A stretch of 20,856 bases of DNA from Catajapyx aquilonaris (Eukaryota): contig JYFJ02000332.1 of NCBI GenBank assembly GCA_000934665.2, forward strand, positions 124,001 through 144,856. Reading direction: 5' to 3'. The notes under the pieces were generated by a model that saw only the letters and a list, made by a program, of their open reading frames with translations, was not told the origin of the DNA and searched no databases. Position 1 is the first letter of the stretch. The number at the start of each line of letters is the position of its first letter. The position numbers and the translations under genes are program-made. Below are positions 14,449-20,856 of this stretch, in pieces.

Positions 14449-14561
14449 TTTCGCGCTACAATAAAATAGAATTTGACTTTTTGCACCTGGGTCAGGTGCT
14501 CTGTTGAGCACTAAACTGGCGTTAAAAGTGCTACGGAGACAAAAATGGGTTTGTATCGATT
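14449..14561. promoter_or_regulatory. Probable promoter region with an E2F site and a DRE-like motif
   Basis: TTTCGCGC (canonical E2F site) at 14449-14456 and TATCGATT (7/8 match to DRE TATCGATA) at 14554-14561, 160-270 nt upstream of the ATG at 14718. Confidence 0.4.
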
Positions 14562-14717
14562 GAGATGTTAGAGGAAGGGGAGACTCCCAAATTGCTTACA
14601 CGTGCTTCTCAGAAGGTGTTGGTCTGGGATGGAACAAACTGGTGCCGACTCCTCCTTCTATACTTATTCTTAAATATTTAATATGGACTAAAATATGTGT
14701 AATTATTTAAAGGGAGA

Positions 14718-14987
14718 ATGAAGGAGAGCCGGTTCCACCGGCTTTTGAGTGCAGTAGCAGCTGAGAGAAAGGAGTCCAAGTATGAGGAGGACCATTGTCG
14801 GCTTCACAACAATCATCACCACCACATCCGTGATGGTGGAGGTGGTAAGAGGCGACAAAGCAGCACTGCCCTTCCTCTCCTGCAGATCTCTCTCAGCCAG
14901 GATTCGCCCCCGTTTGACCTGGAGAGAGGAGAGGCAGACGGAGAGTCCTTTATCTTCCCTCCACATGAAGAATGCGGTGAACATCAG
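14718..14987 (+). CDS. Uncharacterised tail-anchored Ser/Pro-rich protein, exon 1 (a 13-nt coding exon at 14629-14641 may add MEQTGR)
   Basis: ATG at 14718, 90 open codons (MKESRFHRLL...HEECGEHQ), donor CAG|gtatta, then a 57-nt AT-rich intron ending ttttgtag. Confidence 0.8.
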
Positions 14988-15044
14988 GTATTATTATCAT
15001 GTCTTACTCGAAGTGAAAAGAAATTATCACTGATTATTTTGTAG

Positions 15045-15295
15045 GAGGATCCGCCCAGATCGCCTGCCCTTTCAGACATAGGTCATACTGACTCGGGCAT
15101 CGAGTCCATCCAACCTAGCCCTCGTGACGGGGTGTCTCCAGTGGGTAGTAGTCGCAGGCCCAGTTGGACACGACCTGCACTGTGTACCCAGACCCAGGGG
15201 CAGTCAGACCCTGCCAAAATCAGCACTTCTCCTAATACACTCCATCCAGATGATGCTCGCTTCCTTAGGCCACCTGTGTCGCCTTTAGTTCAAAG
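15045..15295 (+). CDS. Uncharacterised tail-anchored protein, exon 2
   Basis: Phase 0 acceptor. Encodes EDPPRSPALSDIGHTDSGIESIQPSPRDGVSPVGSSRRPSW...LHPDDARFLRPPVSPLVQ. Donor AG|gtgtgt, followed by an 83-nt AT-rich intron. Confidence 0.87.
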
Positions 15296-15378
15296 GTGTG
15301 TAAAACGGCATCAATTTATTAACTTCAAATTTAAAAATCAACTTTTTAATAATATTAATATTAACGACCTACGCACAG

Positions 15379-15499
15379 GAGCAAGACTCGAAGTGCTCCT
15401 GGGACCCCAACAGAGGACATGGCGCCACAACTAAACGCATCCACTGATGGAACCTTGACTCCTAAAGACTCAGATGACGAGGGGTCGTCTCGCAAAGAG
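15379..15499 (+). CDS. Uncharacterised tail-anchored protein, exon 3
   Basis: Acceptor gcacag|G in phase 2. Encodes (R)SKTRSAPGTPTEDMAPQLNASTDGTLTPKDSDDEGSSRKE. Ends at GAG|gcaagt, a GC donor in phase 0. Confidence 0.8.
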
Positions 15500-16060
15500 G
15501 CAAGTAATAGCTATAGCTACTGTTGAGTGGTATCGATACCGGGTCAGTTGTAGGCATGGTAATGGTAATGCCCACAAAACGAATATACTACTATGATCAG
15601 CATGTTTTGTCGTACAAAAGCCAGTTAGTCTTTCACTCTGCATCTCACAGTTTCAAGAAACGAAAATGTTCCTAGTCCGATTTGGCCTTCCAACGGTTTA
15701 CTAATCTTGGCTTTTAACCATTGGACCCCTGAAGGGGTAAAAACCAGAACAGACTTGACCATTGAGCAGTGCCACTCTGGCACCTTGCACTCCCTTATTT
15801 CAGGGTTTGAGCTAGTGTGTCATGGGGCATCTGCATCAGATCTTACAGGTGAGAGTGAGATGGCCTCAATGTTAAGTAGGCCTACAGACATAATATATTA
15901 TACTCCCATTGATGAGATGAGGCTGTCATCTTCCTACAGTAAATATTACGTTAGTTGGTTGAGGTATGAGTCAGATAGATAGATACATAAAATAATGTTG
16001 TTAATAATTTAATAATGTTTTAACTCCCTCTACAAATCTACATAACACCTATGACTCCAG

Positions 16061-16390
16061 CTTCCAAGACCACAAACCCTAGATATTGGGTCGTCAAGGT
16101 GTCCAAGTCCAGAAGGTTCAGGAACTTCATCCTTAGAGAAGAAGCCCAAGCTATCATGGATGCAAAAGAATAGAGTGAGGGAAGGATCAGGAGCCACCAA
16201 GCCTGTTGTCAGCTGGGAAGAGCCTCCTTCCCCATCACCATCACCTAGGCGGACTCCTTCACCATCCTCCCTGCTTCCTGGAGGCTCCACCTCAAAGTGC
16301 AGTATTTATGACAACCCAAAGCCTTCCACCAGCAAATTGGATCCAAAGGAACTGGGGTTCCCATGGAAAAGAAACTCGACAGTTGATCTG
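16061..16390 (+). CDS. Uncharacterised tail-anchored protein, exon 4
   Basis: Acceptor ctccag|CTT, 110 open codons (LPRPQTLDIGSSRCPSPEG...GFPWKRNSTVDL), perfect donor CTG|gtaagt, then an 85-nt intron. Confidence 0.87.
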
Positions 16391-16475
16391 GTAAGTTAGA
16401 CACAAGCATTAAAACGTGCATACAGTAGTAAAGTTGTCACTGGCTCCTCTCTATTCTACTTTAATGTACTTTTAG

Positions 16476-17006
16476 GCAGGTGTATGTGGGGACAATAACT
16501 CAGAGGAGTCCTTCTCGGGTGTGAGCTGTGCTTCAGAGTATTATAACAAAGATGACTCTGTTCGGGACGGGCGGAGCAGTCGCATGGGTGGCCGTATTCC
16601 TTCCTGGTCCTCCCTGAATGTCGACCTCCAGATTTCACGTGAACCTTCCAACCTTTCTTTGAGGAGTGATGGTGGCCTGAGACCTAGTCCCTCCAGACCA
16701 GACCAGGCTGCGGTGATTGATCCAAACAGTGCAGAGGACATTTGGGGGATGATGGACCCTTACAGCCTGGCTCCCTTGCCCCATAAGCTCACTTTCACCC
16801 AGACCCTGGCATTTCCAACCTTGGCACCCAGGGAATTGGGCAAGCACAAGAGGACAGACCCACACATTGAGACCGAAAGAAGTTTAAATCGGTTTGCAGT
16901 CATGATCACTGTCACGGTGCTCTTCATGGTGGCTGTGCTTGTTGTGGGTGTACTCTTCAAGTTCCTCAAGGCGGCAACACAGGTCCACCATGAGGACCAT
17001 AACTGA
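16476..17006 (+). CDS. Uncharacterised tail-anchored protein, terminal exon with C-terminal transmembrane helix
   Basis: Acceptor ttttag|GCA in frame with ORF 16521-17006. Hydrophobic FAVMITVTVLFMVAVLVVGVLF (16893-16958) is followed by a 15-aa tail and TGA. Spliced CDS is 1503 nt, or 500 aa. Confidence 0.9.
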   Translation, partial: AGVCGDNNSEESFSGVSCASEYYNKDDSVRDGRSSRMGGRIPSWSSLNVDLQISREPSNLSLRSDGGLRPSPSRPDQAAVIDPNSAEDIWGMMDPYSLAPLPHKLTFTQTLAFPTLAPRELGKHKRTDPHIETERSLNRFAVMITVTVLFMVAVLVVGVLFKFLKAATQVHHEDHN

Positions 17007-17087
17007 AGGACAGTTAATTTGGTCCCCCCAACACAGCATCCACCCATTCTTATTCATACATTGATTTTTATTCCAGCCTGCTTCCAA

Positions 17088-17764
17088 TGCTTCGAGTGGG
17101 TTCCACTTATAGCAAATTAGGGAATTTTGACTGTGTCAAAACACAGTGAGCTGCAACTGTAAATGGTGCTGCATGAATAGTCAGTCATTTCTGAGTCACA
17201 TTCAGAGCGGAAATGTCTAAAATCAAAGCTGCTTCACCAAGTCAACTCTGGTATTACTAAATGCAACTGTACTATCACAGACCATTGTCCTATGGGGATC
17301 CAGGATGCATTTGATATATAAATGCAAGGTGAACAAATTGAAAATGTGACACTTACTTGTTAGTTTGTAATTATAAAGTGTCACTTTTTCATCTCATGTT
17401 ATAAGAACTTACACTAAAAAAGAATCATGGTACACAGGAAAATAAATCCTGGCAGGGAGACACTTTATTTCATAATTTACTACAATTTAACAGCTAGCAT
17501 CATTTACTTCTTAGAAAACGTGGACAGTACTGATTTTCCAATAGGATATTATCCAACATTGCTGGAGATCCACTTAATTCACTTTTGATAGAACAAATCC
17601 AAGTTAGGTCAAACATGATGAGTTACATAACATTTCTCTTTCTTACAAGATGCACCCATTAGGCAAATTATCTCCGAAATCTGGGTACACTTCATGCAGC
17701 ACACCTACAATTGCAATACCTACGCAGAGTTTGTTGTAAGTGGAACACCATTTCTCAAGGGGCA
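17088..17764 (+). other. Long-range structured RNA element in the putative 3' UTR of the plus-strand gene
   Basis: Nested complementary arms: 17088-17118 with 17728-17764; 17152-17177 with 17691-17715; 17396-17411 with 17619-17633. Local hairpins at 17130-17147, 17306-17326 and 17339-17391. Confidence 0.65.
17441..17446 (+). terminator. Candidate proximal polyadenylation signal AATAAA of the plus-strand gene
   Basis: First AATAAA seen after the stop codon, about 435 nt downstream. More distal AATAAA hexamers occur at 17942, 18478 and 18814. Confidence 0.35.
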
Positions 17765-18898
17765 CTCCAAGTATGGATCTAAATACCAATGAGGACACAG
17801 TGTGAGCTACAAATATACAGGGCAATGCAAAAGGTGTGTCACACTTTTCTGAATTGTAGGTTCTGTGCAATATTTTTTTTAAATTAATGGCTATTGGCCT
17901 TACACCTGGATATTTTTCTCCAACAATTATTGCTTCCCCAAAATAAAAACATACAGACATTAACACAAACTTAAAAATTATAAAATTGCTCTTATAGTTC
18001 CCAAGTCTTTGGCTCAATAAGTGCTCTTGGCGTAGTATAGTTTTAACAAATACACTGGATTTGGCCAGAGACACGAGAAAATTTATTCTAAAAGCATTTA
18101 CACTGTTCACTATGCATTACTGAAACACATACTACATTGATTCTGAGAACTAATTACCACGTTCTTCCCAGGTTAAATATGTCATGAAAGTTTTTGGTCC
18201 CTACTGAGGAGTGCCCTTTAAATTATTTATAGCTCAAGTAGAGAGGGTTGGGGGAGGCGGAATTAATAACCAGCTTCCACCTCCCACTATCCCTAAGACA
18301 TGGATTCATTTTGTCTAATCTTCCCATCTTTTTGACTGTTGTCATTTTTCCCAAGTACAACTCAAGCAAGAACTGGTATGCAAGTTAGAGAGTTTTAGAT
18401 GACAAGAAGACGTAGCTGTAGCCTGACACTCATCTCTTTATATTCTCTCAGGGCTCTGACAAAATATGTAACGTTATAATAAAATGCGCTCATTAACCAA
18501 TTCAATATTAAAACAAAAAAATGCATAAAGAAACACTCAACGTTAATAGCAGCTTTTTGCCTCAGTAAGGAAGGAAGGTACAAATGGGTTTCAAGAATTT
18601 TTTTGAATCAGACACAAAGGAATGGATATTGGCAAGACTGGTTTTAACATGTATATTTTCTAAGCTCTGCCTTTCGTCCATTGTTTCAACACTGCAATAA
18701 AAAAATCCAGCCTTCAACTTACCCTCACTATATTTTTGTGGAAAAAGTTACATGCTCCAGCTCAATTAATTTTACCAGTCCTGTGGACAATTTTGAAGTC
18801 AAATAATATGCGCAATAAAGACAAATAACTACAAAAACTGTGAAATTCTTCTCAGGCTTCATTTCCAGCACTTTTTTTTTTCCCTTTGCGGCTGTTAA

Positions 18899-19100
18899 TT
18901 AGATGAGGAACATCACTTCATCAGCCACCATGATTTGATTAGCCTTATCCATTTCAGTCACAGCAGCAGTGATTTCTCCAGCACTGAATGGGTTAGCAAT
19001 ATGTTCAGTACCAATGAACTCTCGTATACGTGCCATTGGGAGAGACTGTGCTCGCTCCTGCTGAAACAGGCGAAATAGGCTTTTCTTGAATGCACCCAGC
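18899..19100 (-). CDS. MCM3: MCM3 terminal coding exon (C-terminal winged-helix domain)
   Basis: Acceptor ttttcag|G in phase 2. (R)LGAFKKSLFRLFQQERAQSL...PFSAGEITAAVTEMDKANQIMVADEVMFLI* matches the MCM3 C-terminus (human ...NQVMVSEGIIFLI*). Confidence 0.96.
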
Positions 19101-19286
19101 CTGAAAAGTAGCATTAAATCCGAATGTTAGTCATAAAATAAATTTGAAATATGTAACCATCTTAATAAGTCAAATAATTGCCATTGCAAAAAAATCGATG
19201 TAGCACAACATTCTTGAATAAGATCAGATACCAGTACAATTTGTAACAGTTTCATGTATGATCTTGAGGAAAACCAACGAACAGAC

Positions 19287-19492
19287 CTTTCTGACGAGAT
19301 GGTGGCATCCTGTGTGTCCTCGGTGTCCATTGGCTGTGACTCATCCCTATCTGATGGTTTGGAGCTCTCAGCTCTGCTCCTATCAGACTTGCGAGAAAGC
19401 CCCTCTTCATCCTCCTCCTCTTCCTCCCCATCAGTGTCGAGCTCATAGGGGTCATATCCTTCATCACCTGGCTTTTTGGTATGGGATCGCTG
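19287..19492 (-). CDS. MCM3: MCM3 coding exon (acidic linker)
   Basis: Acceptor ttcag|CAG (tandem CAGCAG), donor AG|gtctgt, phase 0/2. Encodes QRSHTKKPGDEGYDPYELDTDGEEEEE...TISSE, containing the MCM3 YDPY(D/E) motif. Phase fits the next exon. Confidence 0.9.
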
Positions 19493-19983
19493 CTGAAGCA
19501 ATGCATATGATATATTCAATGTCATTTCACTAGTACTATCACAGGGTCAGTGTAGATAAAATCAAGCATTTCCTATCTAACCTCCTACGATTCTGACAAC
19601 ATTTTGTACTTAACAGCAATGGCTATTCCTATAATTTATATCCATTTCACACCCATTTAATTATCCTACATTTATTTGAGGTACCTAGCATCAAGAAGGG
19701 ATTTTAATTCCATATGCTGCTAAATAACATCCTGATGTTGCCAGCTTGCTCACTCTTTCTCCTGGGTACTGAAATTTTACATGACTGAGATTGTCCAGAG
19801 ACCATGTGGAGGGCTGGCAACAATACAAAATTCAGTTAGCATTTGTGAATTAATTTAACTTTTTAACCATCCTCCTCCACCTCACTCCCTGGGACAGTTT
19901 AGGAAGGCAATAAGAAATGAAAAGCACTACTGCAAAATAAGGTTTCAATGGTCAGTTTGCATAAAAGTAAAATACGTTCCCTA

Positions 19984-20385
<402 letters not shown>

Positions 20386-20491
20386 TTATATTTCATGCAA
20401 AGGATCTATGAAGCAGATAAAATGGAGAAATGGATCTGCTTCATGATAGGTAACACACGTCATGCCCATGCCCATATGAAGGCAGACTCAC

Positions 20492-20642
20492 ACGTGCAAC
20501 ATCACTGTTCTCAGTATCTTGGCATCGAAGCTTGGAGTACTCTTCTGCTATGGTCTCACACGCTCTTTTGGTAAGTGACGGCCTCATGCATTTTGCAATG
20601 TGGATGTACTTGCGCATGAACTCCACACTCAGGACCTTATCC
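20492..20642 (-). CDS. MCM3: DNA replication licensing factor MCM3, internal coding exon (gene continues beyond the window)
   Basis: Acceptor aaacag|G at 20643/20642 and donor CGT|gtgagt at 20492/20491. Translates as DKVLSVEFMRKYIHIAKCMRPSLTKRACETIAEEYSKLRCQDTENSDVAR, matching the MCM3 AAA+ lid region as I recall it (human FMKKYIHVAK...IAEEYSRLRSQD). Confidence 0.96.
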
Positions 20643-20719
20643 CTGTTTTGAGATTATGAAATGTTAATCTATTATCAGTTTTGGCAATAAATACAGTATA
20701 CAGTTTAAAATACTACATA

Positions 20720-20856
20720 CAGGGTGTTTACGACCTAACTTTACAAACTTCCAGGGGTAATAGAGGGGACCAAGACAAACATTTTTGACATAGAAAACCG
20801 TGTCCGGAAACGCCATCTAGAGGGGGTTCATAGACGAGGAACGGGTGCGCTCAGAC
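20720..20856 (+). mobile_element. 5' end of a Tc1/mariner-family DNA transposon or MITE in an MCM3 intron (truncated by the window edge)
   Basis: TA at 20718-20719 is followed by CAGGGTGTTT..., the typical Tc1/mariner TIR start after a TA target site. Composition shifts abruptly from the AT-rich intron. The partner TIR is not in the window. Confidence 0.7.

Noticed and set aside
12592..17038. Partial matches to bantam (12592), miR-305 (14492) and miR-133 (17018) mature sequences
   Set aside because: Only seed or partial identity, with no pre-miRNA hairpin.
17088..17764. Telomerase RNA, 7SK or SECIS identity for the structured element
   Set aside because: No TTAGG-type template (CCUAA) on the plus strand, no 7SK terminal motifs recognised, and no AUGA/GA kink-turn core with a proper helix and AA loop.
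17643..18110. 155-aa minus-strand ORF
   Set aside because: GTG start, AT-rich UTR-like composition and no recognisable family. It overlaps the structured 3' UTR region between two genes.

Overview
Eukaryotic (animal, probably arthropod) genomic DNA with short spliceosomal introns. The right third holds two convergent genes. On the minus strand are the last four coding exons of the replicative helicase subunit MCM3 (20642 to 18899), with the 5' end of a Tc1/mariner-type element in the upstream intron. On the plus strand is a 5-exon gene (14718-17006, 500 aa) encoding an unrecognised, largely disordered Ser/Pro-rich tail-anchored membrane protein; it has a DSGIES degron-like motif and a GC-AG intron. 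The most striking unexplained signal lies between the genes: a roughly 680-nt nested, multi-branched RNA fold (17088-17764) in the plus gene's putative 3' UTR, whose non-canonical pairs are mostly G-U only on the plus strand. The left ~14 kb has no protein I can recognise. It contains minus-strand splice signals suggesting a divergent lncRNA, sORF gene or pseudogene (about 11-14.3 kb), plus degraded or regulatory sequence. All pairings and splice models were derived by eye.
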